Of a DNA stretch of 50,773 nucleotides, positions 1 to 9,038 are shown piece after piece. A program made the translations under genes and the position numbers. Within the stretch, counting starts at the first letter, position 1. Each line of letters starts with the position of its first letter. The DNA lies in assembly GCA_949948825.1 (NCBI GenBank), contig CATLIJ010000001.1:1-50773 (forward strand). The letters are read 5' to 3'. The DNA comes from an uncultured Clostridiaceae bacterium (GTDB lineage Bacteria; Bacillota; Clostridia; Lachnospirales; Lachnospiraceae). The notes beneath the pieces were generated by a model. The model did no database searches, had not been told where the DNA came from, and saw only the letters and a list, made by a program, of their open reading frames with translations.

Positions 1-1
1 G

Positions 2-205
2 CTGCAAAAGACCATTTCCAAGGTCAGCGATGTGCTTTCTAACCCGTGGGTAGAGAGACTTTTGGAGAATGGAGCGATCACAGAACTTGACCGTGCTACG
101 GTGGTGGAGTTTATTGACAAGATTTATGTGTTTGAAGATAAGCATATTGAGATTGTCTATAAGTTCAGCGGGGAGTTTGACGGATTGTTTGTAAGGTCTG
201 TTTAA
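2..205 (+). CDS. C-terminal end of a large serine recombinase (DUF4368-like tail), partial at window edge
   Basis: Frame 2 reads LQKTISKVSDVLSNPWVERLLENGAITELDRATVVEFIDKIYVFEDKHIEIVYKFSGEFDGLFVRSV*. The 'ELDR..V..FIDKIYV.E...IEI.YKF' tail is typical of TnpX/TndX-like recombinases. Confidence 0.8.
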   Translation: MQKTISKVSDVLSNPWVERLLENGAITELDRATVVEFIDKIYVFEDKHIEIVYKFSGEFDGLFVRSV

Positions 206-230
206 GAGTATCCGTGAAATTTTAGACAAC

Positions 231-259
231 TTGCAATAGGTTGGGTAAAATGCTATACT
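231..259 (+). promoter_or_regulatory. Sigma-A-type promoter
   Basis: TTGCAA(231-236)-17 bp-TATACT(254-259) with extended TG. Confidence 0.55.
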
Positions 260-285
260 TATTTGGAACGGAGCGTGATACAGCC

Positions 286-645
286 ATGCCAAAAACCCAT
301 GAAAAGAATGGAATTATTTATTTTGATAAACCTTTTAAAACAACATTAGTGTCCTGGGTATTAGAACATGAATTGTGCGACAGCCTGGTTTTAGATAGAG
401 AAGAGCTGATTGACGATGGGTGTGATGAGTGGATCTATGTCCGTTGCTACGCCAGAAGCAGAGAGTATAATAACCGCTTATATTCCGATGTATTTCTGTC
501 AGAACTTAAAAACGAGGGATTGAGAGTGCTGTATGGCGCTGGATGTCAGCAGAACTGGAGCAGGCATTGGGGGAAAAGTATGAAAGTATTGGTTGATACA
601 AACGTTATTTTAGATGACTTGATGGGGAGGAAACTAGGCGAATAA
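286..645 (+). CDS. Hypothetical protein whose last 21 aa are a PIN-domain N-terminal stub
   Basis: ATG 286 follows GGAG and the promoter. The C-terminus MKVLVDTNVILDDLMGR (from ATG 580) matches the VapC/PIN start motif. Confidence 0.5.
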   Translation: MPKTHEKNGIIYFDKPFKTTLVSWVLEHELCDSLVLDREELIDDGCDEWIYVRCYARSREYNNRLYSDVFLSELKNEGLRVLYGAGCQQNWSRHWGKSMKVLVDTNVILDDLMGRKLGE

Positions 646-666
646 TATTTTGGTCTGTTCCCGCCT

Positions 667-1224
667 CCTGGTCATGGAGGAAATGATCCGGGGAAGGTGG
701 GAGTGGATGGAAGCCTGGAGAAGGATATTAACCTGGAGATTGCCAGGAAGCTGAAGGCATATCTGGAGGCGTCAGATGTGGAAGTGGTCATGACGCGGGA
801 AGAGGACAAAGGGCTTTATGGAGAGAAGGACAGCCGCAAGAAGATGGCAGATATGAAGAAACGCTGTGACTTGATTAATGAGACAAGGCCGGAACTGGTG
901 GTCAGCATTCACCAGAACAGTTACCATGAGGAAAGTGTCTCCGGAGGTCAGGTCTTTTACTATAAAGATTCGGAAAAGGGAAAGCAGCTGGCAGAGATTC
1001 TTCAAAAGCGGTTTGATTTTGTCCTGGGGGAGAAGAACAGAAGGCTGGCAAAGCCCAATGGAAATTATTACCTTCTGCTTCATGTGAAACAGCCAATTGT
1101 GATTGTGGAGTGTGGATTTCTGTCCAACTGGAAAGAGGCGAAAGCTTTGAATACAGAGGATTATCAGGATCGGATGGCATGGACGATTCATATGGGAATT
1201 ATGGAGTACTTAAACCGTCCATAA
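667..1224 (+). pseudogene. cwlD: N-acetylmuramoyl-L-alanine amidase (CwlD-like), 3' part only
   Basis: PGHGGNDPG, EKDINL, VVMTR, SIHQN and IVECGFLSN Amidase_3 motifs are present. The N-terminal anchor and the VxID preceding PGHGG are missing. Confidence 0.75.
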
Positions 1225-1235
1225 AAAACAGGAAG

Positions 1236-1266
1236 AGAAGCCGCCATAAGGAGACGGCTTCTTTTT
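1236..1266. terminator. Probable bidirectional intrinsic terminator
   Basis: AGAAGCCG...CGGCTTCT stem with T tract between convergent genes. Confidence 0.6.
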
Positions 1267-1268
1267 GA

Positions 1269-2855
1269 TTACAGGTTATTAAATACAGTAGTTTCTCTTT
1301 CCAGCCCTTTTACCACTTCCTGATTCACTCCCATGCGCTGTGTGATATCTTCCATATCATCAGCGAGATTTTTGGTATTGCCTGCCACACCGGAGATACC
1401 GTTGGCTCCCTGGTCAATGACCTTTGTAATGGTGTTGATGGAATCTGCGATTTCAGACATGGAGTTTTTCAGGCGGTCGGTCCGTTTTTGAAACTCATCC
1501 ATAGTCTGACGGATATAGGCGGCATCCTCCATATACTGGCTGCCGGATTTGACAAATTCCTGAAATTCCGTAAGAACAGACTGACTCATATAGTCTGTCA
1601 GATTCTGTGCATTTTCAGAAAGATTGTAAACAGCGGAAGTGACTATGGTGTTAATGTCCTGAATCCGGTTGGCTGTTTCCTGGCTGGAATGGGCAAGATC
1701 ACGTACTTCGCTGGCAACAATGGCAAAACCTTTTCCGGCAGCTCCCGCATTGGCAGCTTCCACAGAAGCATTAAGGGCAATCAGCCGGGTTTGTTGGCAG
1801 ATGTTCAGAATGTCGCTGGTCAGGACTTTGATCTGGTCCACGCTTTTGCTTTTTTCAATGGCATCATTAAGAGCCAGGAGAATTTCCTTTGCCTTGGCGC
1901 CGGTGATCTCCGCACTTTTTTGGGCAGATTGCTGCATTGTGTTGGCACGGGCATTCATCTGAATGGTATAAGCAGTGATAGCGCTGCATTCTTCTGCAAT
2001 ATTCTGTACATCTGACCGTACATCCTCTGTGTTGTCATTAATGGCAGATACGCTGCCTGCCACTTCCTGTATGGTTGCGGACATTTGCTCTGCAAGGATG
2101 GAAAGGCTGGCAGCGCTTCCTTTGGAAGCCTGAGTTCTTTTTAAGACCTCGCCGGTCATGTTGTTAATGCGTCCGGAGCTTTCCTGGATGGTCTTTAAAA
2201 TATTTTTCACGGGAATCACCACATGACGGTTAATCAGCTTCAGGGCTGCAAACACCAGGAAGACGCAGGCAATGACAGAAGCAGAGCCGCCTGCTATGGA
2301 GATCATATATACAATGGAAAGGTGCATTCTTGCTGTGGCAGTCTGCTTGCTGATGGAAGCATTTAAAGCGTCAATATCCTCCTCCATGGCAGCAGCAGAA
2401 GAGGCAACATCCTGGTTAGCCAGGGCATAGGCCTCCTGAGTCTTGTGGCTGGCGCTGGCGCAGACCAGATGGACCAGGGCATGCTTAAAGGAATCATAAT
2501 GGGACAAAAGCTGTTCATATTGTTTCTGGTCTTCCGGTATAACATGATACTCATATTTGGCAAGCATGTCATCCAAAACAGCTTCCTCTTCCTTAATTTG
2601 CTGGACCAGAATGATCATGGTATCATAGTCAGTAGCTACAATGTGGCTTAGGGCCATTTTATGTATATTCATGGAGGACTGACAGATTTCTGCCAGCTGG
2701 CTTTTGCCCTCCATGTAATTGTCAGCAATATTGGAAGCGCTTGCATTTACATTATGGATATTGATAAAGGAAAGAAGGTTTGACAAAAGCGCTACAATAC
2801 CTAAAAGAGCGACTGGTATAATCAAACGATGTTTTAAACTGATATTTTTCATCAC
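1269..2855 (-). CDS. Methyl-accepting chemotaxis protein (four-helix-bundle sensor)
   Basis: Two TM segments; signalling hairpin [31 protein letters not shown]. Confidence 0.9.
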   Translation of the reverse strand: MMKNISLKHRLIIPVALLGIVALLSNLLSFINIHNVNASASNIADNYMEGKSQLAEICQSSMNIHKMALSHIVATDYDTMIILVQQIKEEEAVLDDMLAKYEYHVIPEDQKQYEQLLSHYDSFKHALVHLVCASASHKTQEAYALANQDVASSAAAMEEDIDALNASISKQTATARMHLSIVYMISIAGGSASVIACVFLVFAALKLINRHVVIPVKNILKTIQESSGRINNMTGEVLKRTQASKGSAASLSILAEQMSATIQEVAGSVSAINDNTEDVRSDVQNIAEECSAITAYTIQMNARANTMQQSAQKSAEITGAKAKEILLALNDAIEKSKSVDQIKVLTSDILNICQQTRLIALNASVEAANAGAAGKGFAIVASEVRDLAHSSQETANRIQDINTIVTSAVYNLSENAQNLTDYMSQSVLTEFQEFVKSGSQYMEDAAYIRQTMDEFQKRTDRLKNSMSEIADSINTITKVIDQGANGISGVAGNTKNLADDMEDITQRMGVNQEVVKGLERETTVFNNL

Positions 2856-2881
2856 GGCTGCTACTCCTTTATGATCGGATC

Positions 2882-4123
2882 TTATGGGGCGGTAATGCCT
2901 TCAACCATAAGGTCAAGCTGTTCCTGAAGGCTGTCTTTGGACGGATTCCCGGCCAGAAGATTATCGGTAAAATCAGCTACTGGTTCCCAGAAATTTCCTC
3001 CGATTCGCTGAAGGCAGGAAAATTCGGATTGTTCCAGCAATGCAGCGATAGCAGGAGCGTTTTGAACCTCATCTGAGGCTGCCGCATTTTTGTTGGCTGG
3101 TCCCTGGCCCCGCAGCAGAAAGCGCAGCTTTTGATTTTCTTCATTGGCAATCCATTCAGCCAGCTTTGCAGCCCACTCTCTTTGTTTGGAATATGCATTA
3201 ACGCCAATTAGCTTGTAGCCAGAAAAGGAGGTCATCTGTACCTGCTGTCCTGCGCAGGTGTAGGCGGGAAGCTTTGCAGCAGCAAAATCCCGGCCCCAGG
3301 CAGCTTCCACAGCGACTCCATTCCATACGCCGTTAATGCCAGCGATAATCGTTCCGTTTTTAACACCTTCCACAAATCCGGCGTCATCCGTGCTGACAAA
3401 TCCAGGATGCTTTGCCATATCTTCCATAGCCTGGGCCACATCAATTCCTTTTATCCTGCCTTCTGTGCTGTTCCATGTACAGTAATTGGTAATTCCGTCG
3501 TCATTCAGCCCCACAGTAAGCCCTGTATTGCCAAACAGAGCATATACATACCATCCGGAGGACCATTCCATGGAGACTTTTTTTCCATGTTCAGCAGCAA
3601 TCTGAAGCATCTGATCCCAGGATTTAATCTCTTCTTCAGAAAAATATTTTTTATTATAATAAAGAAAATATCCGTTATCTGCTGTCAGAGGCAATGCATA
3701 TAAAGTATCATTTACACAGGCAGCCTGAACCGCTTCCGGAATGTTTGCCTGTCGGAAGGCTTCCGGATTTTCCACTGGTTCCAATGCGCCTGCAGCCACC
3801 AGGGTATTCAGCTGATCATCAGCAAATGCAAATACATCTGCCCCGTTTTCCAGGTCTTCCATCAGTGCGTCGGTGCAGTGGCTCTCACTTTGGGGCTGAT
3901 ATTGGATCTGGAAATTTGCCTGTCCGCGGTATTGAGACTGAAATCCGTCAAAGATCTGGCGAAGCAATTCTTCATCTTCCGCAGCGCCCCATACGGTCAG
4001 ACTGACTGTGTCAGAGACAGGCGATGACACTTCATCTGATGGTTTGGGGTCATGGTTCTGGCATCCGGTCAGCAATGCGGCCAGCAAAAGAGCGGGGAGC
4101 CATGTATTCATCCTCTTTTTCAT
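2882..4123 (-). CDS. Extracellular sugar-binding lipoprotein (MalE-like SBP)
   Basis: Lipobox LLTGC; [14 protein letters not shown] and LYYNK motifs; start chosen at ATG 4123 after GGAG. Confidence 0.85.
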   Translation of the reverse strand: MKKRMNTWLPALLLAALLTGCQNHDPKPSDEVSSPVSDTVSLTVWGAAEDEELLRQIFDGFQSQYRGQANFQIQYQPQSESHCTDALMEDLENGADVFAFADDQLNTLVAAGALEPVENPEAFRQANIPEAVQAACVNDTLYALPLTADNGYFLYYNKKYFSEEEIKSWDQMLQIAAEHGKKVSMEWSSGWYVYALFGNTGLTVGLNDDGITNYCTWNSTEGRIKGIDVAQAMEDMAKHPGFVSTDDAGFVEGVKNGTIIAGINGVWNGVAVEAAWGRDFAAAKLPAYTCAGQQVQMTSFSGYKLIGVNAYSKQREWAAKLAEWIANEENQKLRFLLRGQGPANKNAAASDEVQNAPAIAALLEQSEFSCLQRIGGNFWEPVADFTDNLLAGNPSKDSLQEQLDLMVEGITAP

Positions 4124-4235
4124 AACTTTCTCCGTCATTGTCATTTTTTGACACAATTTTTATTTATTATTATTTGGAATGATTTGGTATGGATCAACAG
4201 GAAATCAGGATGTGAGGAATGGAGCCAACCAGTCA

Positions 4236-4496
4236 TTAAGACTGGCTGGCTCTGTTTTCCTGTTCATAGGCTTTTAATGCCTGAGCAAGCTGATCCGGAC
4301 AGGAGGTGGGGCGAAAACCGCAATGGATGCCTTCCAGCCGTTCAATGGCTTCACTTACATCCATCCCCTCCACCAGACGGGCTACCCCCTGGGTATTCCC
4401 GGAACATCCGCCGATATACTGAACATTAGTAAGCTTGTGATCCTTCACATCAAAACGGATTTCTCTTGAGCAGACATTGCGTGTTTTATAAACCAT
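4236..4496 (-). CDS. Stand-alone TSCPD-domain protein (TIGR03905-like)
   Basis: GGCSGNTQG and CGFRPTSCPDQLA motifs; GGAGG RBS before ATG 4496. Confidence 0.9.
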   Translation of the reverse strand: MVYKTRNVCSREIRFDVKDHKLTNVQYIGGCSGNTQGVARLVEGMDVSEAIERLEGIHCGFRPTSCPDQLAQALKAYEQENRASQS

Positions 4497-4664
4497 TGTA
4501 ATAGTCCTCCATGCTTGTAATAAATAATTAAAAAAATTAACTGGAAATTTCAAACAGTATTTTTATTATATCCAGTTATAAAAGGGATTGTCAAGAGTTT
4601 TATATGTGGTATACTGTGTACGTGAATGGTTACTTAAAAACTAGAAAAACAAAGGAGCAAGCTT

Positions 4665-5357
4665 ATGTTAGGAATCATCGGCGCCATGGCAGAAGAGGTG
4701 GAGCAGCTGAAAAAGGAGATGAAGGAGCCGGAGGTGGTGTCTCTGGCTGGAATGGATTTTTATAAGGGAAGAATTCAGGACAAGGATGTTGTTGTGGTGC
4801 GTTCTGGTATTGGAAAGGTAAATGCAGCTGTGTGCGTGCAGATTCTTGTGGACCGGTTTGGCGTGGACGGGATTGTAAATACAGGAATTGCCGGATCTCT
4901 TAAGGCAGAGATTAATATTGGAGATCTGGTGCTGGCCACAGATGCAGTACAGCATGATGTGGATGCCACACAGTTTGGGTATGAGCCAGGACAGATTCCG
5001 CAGATGGGAACACTGGCCTTTGAGGCAGACCAGAGCTTGCGGGAGACAGCTGCCAGATGCTGTCGGAAGGTCAATCCGGATATTGGAGTGCATGAGGGGC
5101 GCGTGCTGACAGGCGACCAGTTTGTGTCCTCCAGGGAAAAGAAGAAGTGGCTGTCAGACACATTTAAAGGCGCATGTACCGAGATGGAGGGGGCAGCCAT
5201 TGCCCAGGCTGCCTGTTTGAACCAGGTGCCGTTTCTGATTGTACGAGCCATCTCTGACAAGGCAGATGACAGTGCGCAGATGGATTACGAGGAGTTTGAG
5301 CGGCTGGCGATTATTCACAGCGTCAACCTGACCAGGGCGTTGATTGGGGCTGTATAA
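4665..5357 (+). CDS. mtnN: 5'-methylthioadenosine/S-adenosylhomocysteine nucleosidase
   Basis: GIIGAMxEE, SGIGKVNAA, EMEGAAIAQ and RAISDKAD motifs. Confidence 0.95.
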   Translation: MLGIIGAMAEEVEQLKKEMKEPEVVSLAGMDFYKGRIQDKDVVVVRSGIGKVNAAVCVQILVDRFGVDGIVNTGIAGSLKAEINIGDLVLATDAVQHDVDATQFGYEPGQIPQMGTLAFEADQSLRETAARCCRKVNPDIGVHEGRVLTGDQFVSSREKKKWLSDTFKGACTEMEGAAIAQAACLNQVPFLIVRAISDKADDSAQMDYEEFERLAIIHSVNLTRALIGAV

Positions 5358-5555
5358 GAAATATCTGTGTTATTTTTCTGAAGGCAAACATGCCGCGGCA
5401 TGAAAAGAGGCTCCTTAAGAATCCAACATGAACTTAAGAATCAGATATCATCGAACTTTGACGAACGATTCTAGGCTCCCTGAACTTTCCAAAATGGATT
5501 TTGGCGGCTATAATGATAGCTGTCTGAAAAATCAGGAAAGAAAGGGGAGCTTTTT

Positions 5556-6554
5556 ATGCTGCAATTATTAGAAACAGGACAGGCATTGTATGTACTGGCA
5601 GGTATTTGTTTTCTGGGGGTTGTTACCAGAATGATAACCAGTAATCTTTACAAAAGACTGATTAAGGAAAGCGGAAGCATGGCTACCACAAAGAATAAGT
5701 GCTTAAGAGATCTGAAACAGAAAACGGAGAATACATATCGAATGAATCAGGGACTGCCGGACAGCGGAGCCTGGTTGGATCATCAGCTCTGCGAGATGAA
5801 ATTCGGCGGACTGACTTTGGCAGGATGGGGGAATCTTTCCATGCAGCTGACCTGGCTGTGCCTGCTGGCAGGGGGAATCGGGGCGTTTTTTTCTTATTGG
5901 TACAGACTGGATACATTTTATGTGGTGCTCTATGGAGCAGGGGCAGTTTTGATGTCTATGTTTACCATGCTGTTTGACAATGGGACAGCAGGGGGAAGGC
6001 GGGAGCTTTTGGAGGCATCTCTACAGGATTACCTGGAGAATATTTTGTGTCCCAGGCTGGCGCGGAGTGTGACAGAGGACAGCAGCTGGAATGACGGGCC
6101 GGATTCTTCCAGGGCAAAGGTGCGCAGCTTTGTCCGTCTGGCGGACCGGGGAAACCAGGCGGACCGGAGAGGAGATGCAGCTAAGACCAGGGAGCCGGAG
6201 CCAGAGGAGGCAGCTGGTATGAGCGCTGGCCGGATAGGAGACAATGCAACTCAGAATAATGGAAGCGTCCAGGGAGACAAGGGAAGCCAGAGAGACCGGA
6301 GCAGCACACGGCTGGGCGGCTCCGGAAAAAGAAACAATAAAAATGGCAGGCGGGAGGCAGCTGCAACTGCCATGGAGGATACGGGCGAGGAGACAAAGGC
6401 CAGTGTCCGTGATGTGGATTATCTGAAGCGGAGTCTGGAGCAGATTGCTGCGAGCAAGGAAAAAGGGAAGGAAGGAGATGAAAGCTGGCTGAAAGAGCTG
6501 GGACCTGATGAGGTGCAGCTGATTGGAGATATTTTAAAGGAATATCTGGCGTGA
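5556..6554 (+). CDS. Hypothetical membrane protein with low-complexity C-terminal half
   Basis: Long ORF with GGGGAG RBS and three hydrophobic segments. Confidence 0.75.
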   Translation: MLQLLETGQALYVLAGICFLGVVTRMITSNLYKRLIKESGSMATTKNKCLRDLKQKTENTYRMNQGLPDSGAWLDHQLCEMKFGGLTLAGWGNLSMQLTWLCLLAGGIGAFFSYWYRLDTFYVVLYGAGAVLMSMFTMLFDNGTAGGRRELLEASLQDYLENILCPRLARSVTEDSSWNDGPDSSRAKVRSFVRLADRGNQADRRGDAAKTREPEPEEAAGMSAGRIGDNATQNNGSVQGDKGSQRDRSSTRLGGSGKRNNKNGRREAAATAMEDTGEETKASVRDVDYLKRSLEQIAASKEKGKEGDESWLKELGPDEVQLIGDILKEYLA

Positions 6555-6706
6555 AGGCAGGGCAGGAAGCATAGGTAAGGATTGTGAGACAGGTCAGAAT
6601 AATTATGAGGCTGGTGTAAGACGGGGTAAAGACGGAGAGAAGCAGATGTGATTTCCGATCACATTTTATATAGAATATGCTGAGAATCAGCAGAAAAGGG
6701 AATTTT

Positions 6707-6740
6707 AAGGCGTTTCGTTTTAGGTGAAACGCCTTTTTTA
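6707..6740. terminator. Intrinsic terminator
   Basis: AAGGCGTTTC...GAAACGCCTT followed by a T run. Confidence 0.75.
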
Positions 6741-6743
6741 TCT

Positions 6744-7010
6744 TTATTCTTCAATAATCTGCAGCTCCAGAAAATCAAAGGGAATGGATTCCACAAAAGA
6801 GTCCTGAGTAAAACGGGTTTTGGACACTCTTTGAAATTCAGAAATATTCTGATCCAGCCAGATGGGTTTGCTTAAATCAAATTCATAACAAATATCCTCC
6901 AGGGACTGAAAGACCATGGCAGTCCGGGACATGCTGTAATCTGTGATACAAATTACCGTGTCCTGAAGCATACGATTATTTTTCCAGATTTTTCCCCACA
7001 TACGGAACAC
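6744..7010 (-). CDS. Conserved small hypothetical protein
   Basis: GTG start after GGAAGG; globular composition (FDLSKPIWL...KTRF.QD.F). Confidence 0.75.
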   Translation of the reverse strand: MFRMWGKIWKNNRMLQDTVICITDYSMSRTAMVFQSLEDICYEFDLSKPIWLDQNISEFQRVSKTRFTQDSFVESIPFDFLELQIIEE

Positions 7011-7188
7011 AGCGCTTCCTTCCTTTCCATGCTTTTGGTGCTTTCATCTTATCACAGATTTTATGCCCGGTCAACCAAGTATCTTCCGCCAGATTCTTTT
7101 CGGGAAACCCTTGCCCGCAGCAGCAATCTGTTGTAAACTATAAACAGAAAAGGGTCAGGAATCAGCAGCTTGCAAAGGAGGACCAATT

Positions 7189-8280
7189 ATGGCACAGACG
7201 ATGGAGGAATGCCTGGTATTTTTAAACGAGGCAAAGGAGGCGCTGGAAAAGCTGCAGCAGCTGGAGGGACAGGAGCAGAAGCTTGTCCAGGAGGAGGCAC
7301 AGCTGGAGAGAAGCTTGGAAGAAGAGAAAAAGCAGATGGGAGCCGCTGTGCAGCAGACTGTGAAAAAACGGCGGGAGGAAATAAGCGCTGCCTATGAAGG
7401 GGAAATCCGCAAAGCCAAGGAACAGCTGAAGAAAATACGGAGCAAGCGGGAAAAAGCCAAAGGAAAAGGGATTAAGGGCCGGATTCAGGAGGAGACAGCT
7501 GTGTTTTGGGAGCAGATTCGGGACTTAAAACAGCAGAGAAGGAATCGGATTAAGAGGGAGCAGCTGCCGGGAATCTTTCAAAGTCCCCTGTATTACAGTC
7601 TTTATTTTCCTCATTTTTTAAAAGAGTATCTGATGCTTTTTTTGTGTATTCTTGTGGTGTTTCTGGCAATACCCTGGGGAGCATACTGGCTGCTGCCGGA
7701 GCGAAAGCCCCTTTATCTGGCAGGAATTTATATTATAGATATTCTGGTCGCAGGCGGCGGATATATTTTTGTGGGCAATCGGACAAAGCTGCCGTATATG
7801 GAGCCTTTGCGGGAATGCAGGAAGATTCAGGATCAGATTTTGGAAAACAGGAAAAAGATTCGGAAGACTGCAGCCAGTGTCCGGAGAGATAAAAATGAAG
7901 CTTTGTATGATTTGGGAAAATATGATGATGAGATAGCCAGATTGCAGCAGGAGCTGGAGGAGGTGGCAGAGAAGCAGAAGGATGCCCTGAATACATTTGA
8001 TACTGTGACAAAAAATATTCTTAAGGATGAAATTGAGAATCATTACAGGGCAAAGCTGGAACAACTCCAGGGGGATCACCAGGAGGTGGCAAGACGTCTG
8101 CGGGAGGTGCAGGAGGATGTGAAGGAGAGGCGGCTGCACATGACGGATTGTTATGGGACTTATTTGGGAAAGGAGTTTATGAATCCTCAAAAGCTTGGGG
8201 AACTGTGCATGATTGTTCAGGCAGGCAAAGCGTCAAATGTAAGTGAAGCCATCCGGGTGTACCAGAGCCAGAAAAAGTAA
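7189..8280 (+). CDS. Coiled-coil protein with two central TM helices
   Basis: AGGAGG RBS; E/K/Q-rich heptads flanking a hydrophobic hairpin. Confidence 0.8.
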   Translation: MAQTMEECLVFLNEAKEALEKLQQLEGQEQKLVQEEAQLERSLEEEKKQMGAAVQQTVKKRREEISAAYEGEIRKAKEQLKKIRSKREKAKGKGIKGRIQEETAVFWEQIRDLKQQRRNRIKREQLPGIFQSPLYYSLYFPHFLKEYLMLFLCILVVFLAIPWGAYWLLPERKPLYLAGIYIIDILVAGGGYIFVGNRTKLPYMEPLRECRKIQDQILENRKKIRKTAASVRRDKNEALYDLGKYDDEIARLQQELEEVAEKQKDALNTFDTVTKNILKDEIENHYRAKLEQLQGDHQEVARRLREVQEDVKERRLHMTDCYGTYLGKEFMNPQKLGELCMIVQAGKASNVSEAIRVYQSQKK

Positions 8281-8355
8281 AAGACAGAATCAAAGTATAA
8301 AATTCTTTCCAGGCGCTTATAATAGGAATAACAAAATGAGTACAGGCGGGGAAGT

Positions 8356-8955
8356 ATGAAGACAAGTTTGTGCAGAAAATGGAAGATTGGCAGAAAGATT
8401 TATTACTTTGATTCTGGTAAACAATATGAAACCGAAATATTTGCCCGGACTCTCCATGACATGATTGGGGAGATCATGGACGAGGAGGGAAAAAGAGGGG
8501 TGCTGGCCCTGTGTATTGGAACAGACCGTTCCACAGGAGACAGCCTGGGTCCTCTTATTGGATATAAGTTAAAAGAGCATGAGGTGCGTCAGATTCAGAT
8601 AGTGGGGACTCTGGAGCGTCCGATTCATGCCATGAACCTGGAACAGTCCATGGCTATGATCCGGCTCCGGTATCCGAATCATGTGATTGTGGCAGTAGAT
8701 GCCTCAGTAGGAAGTCAGGACCATGTGGGATGTATCACCCTGGGAAAAGGGGCATTGCGTCCAGGACTTGGAGTGTGCAAGGATTTGCAGGCAGTGGGAG
8801 ATATTTTCATTACTGGCATTGTAGGGGGATATGGGAATTATGATCCGCTGATGTTACAGAGTGTCCGGCTTTCCATGGTGATGAAGATGGCGGATTATAT
8901 CTGTGAAAGTGTATTTCTTGTCGAACAGTTTTTGGAAAACAGAGCTTTGGTTTGA
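8356..8955 (+). CDS. yyaC: Spore protease YyaC
   Basis: LCIGTDRSTGDSLGPLIG, GTLERPIHAMNL, AVDAS and PGLGV motifs. Confidence 0.9.
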   Translation: MKTSLCRKWKIGRKIYYFDSGKQYETEIFARTLHDMIGEIMDEEGKRGVLALCIGTDRSTGDSLGPLIGYKLKEHEVRQIQIVGTLERPIHAMNLEQSMAMIRLRYPNHVIVAVDASVGSQDHVGCITLGKGALRPGLGVCKDLQAVGDIFITGIVGGYGNYDPLMLQSVRLSMVMKMADYICESVFLVEQFLENRALV

Positions 8956-8984
8956 CAAAATCAGCACTCCACATATGTTATGAT
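8919..8984 (+). promoter_or_regulatory. Putative Spo0A-activated sigma-A promoter for the LysM gene
   Basis: Perfect 0A box TGTCGAA (8919-8925); TTGACA(8952-8957)-21 bp-TATGAT(8979-8984). Confidence 0.5.
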
Positions 8985-9038
8985 GGGCATGTATAAAAAG
9001 AAAGCTTTGAAATGAAATCATAACAGTGGGGTGAAATT

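Larger units (their letters stand above)
1..666. mobile_element. Right end of a serine-recombinase element apparently inserted in cwlD; junction near 664-667
   Basis: Recombinase tail plus accessory ORF. Amidase homology begins abruptly at CCT GGT CAT GGA GGA (PGHGG, 667-681), with an in-frame TAA at 643-645 and no start codon before the His. Confidence 0.6.

Noticed and set aside
697-1224. Treating the ORF-track 175-aa amidase as a complete gene
   Set aside because: The GTG start lies downstream of the first Zn-ligand His (GHGG), and homology extends upstream to 667.
5407-5490. Short repeats CTTAAGAATC x2, GAACTT x3, AGGCTCC x2 and a TGACGAA 0A-like heptamer
   Set aside because: Irregular spacing and short length; may be regulator sites but cannot be supported from sequence alone.
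8295-8324. Sigma-F/G-like promoter before yyaC (GTATA-18-TATAATA)
   Set aside because: Imperfect match and ambiguous with a sigma-A -10.
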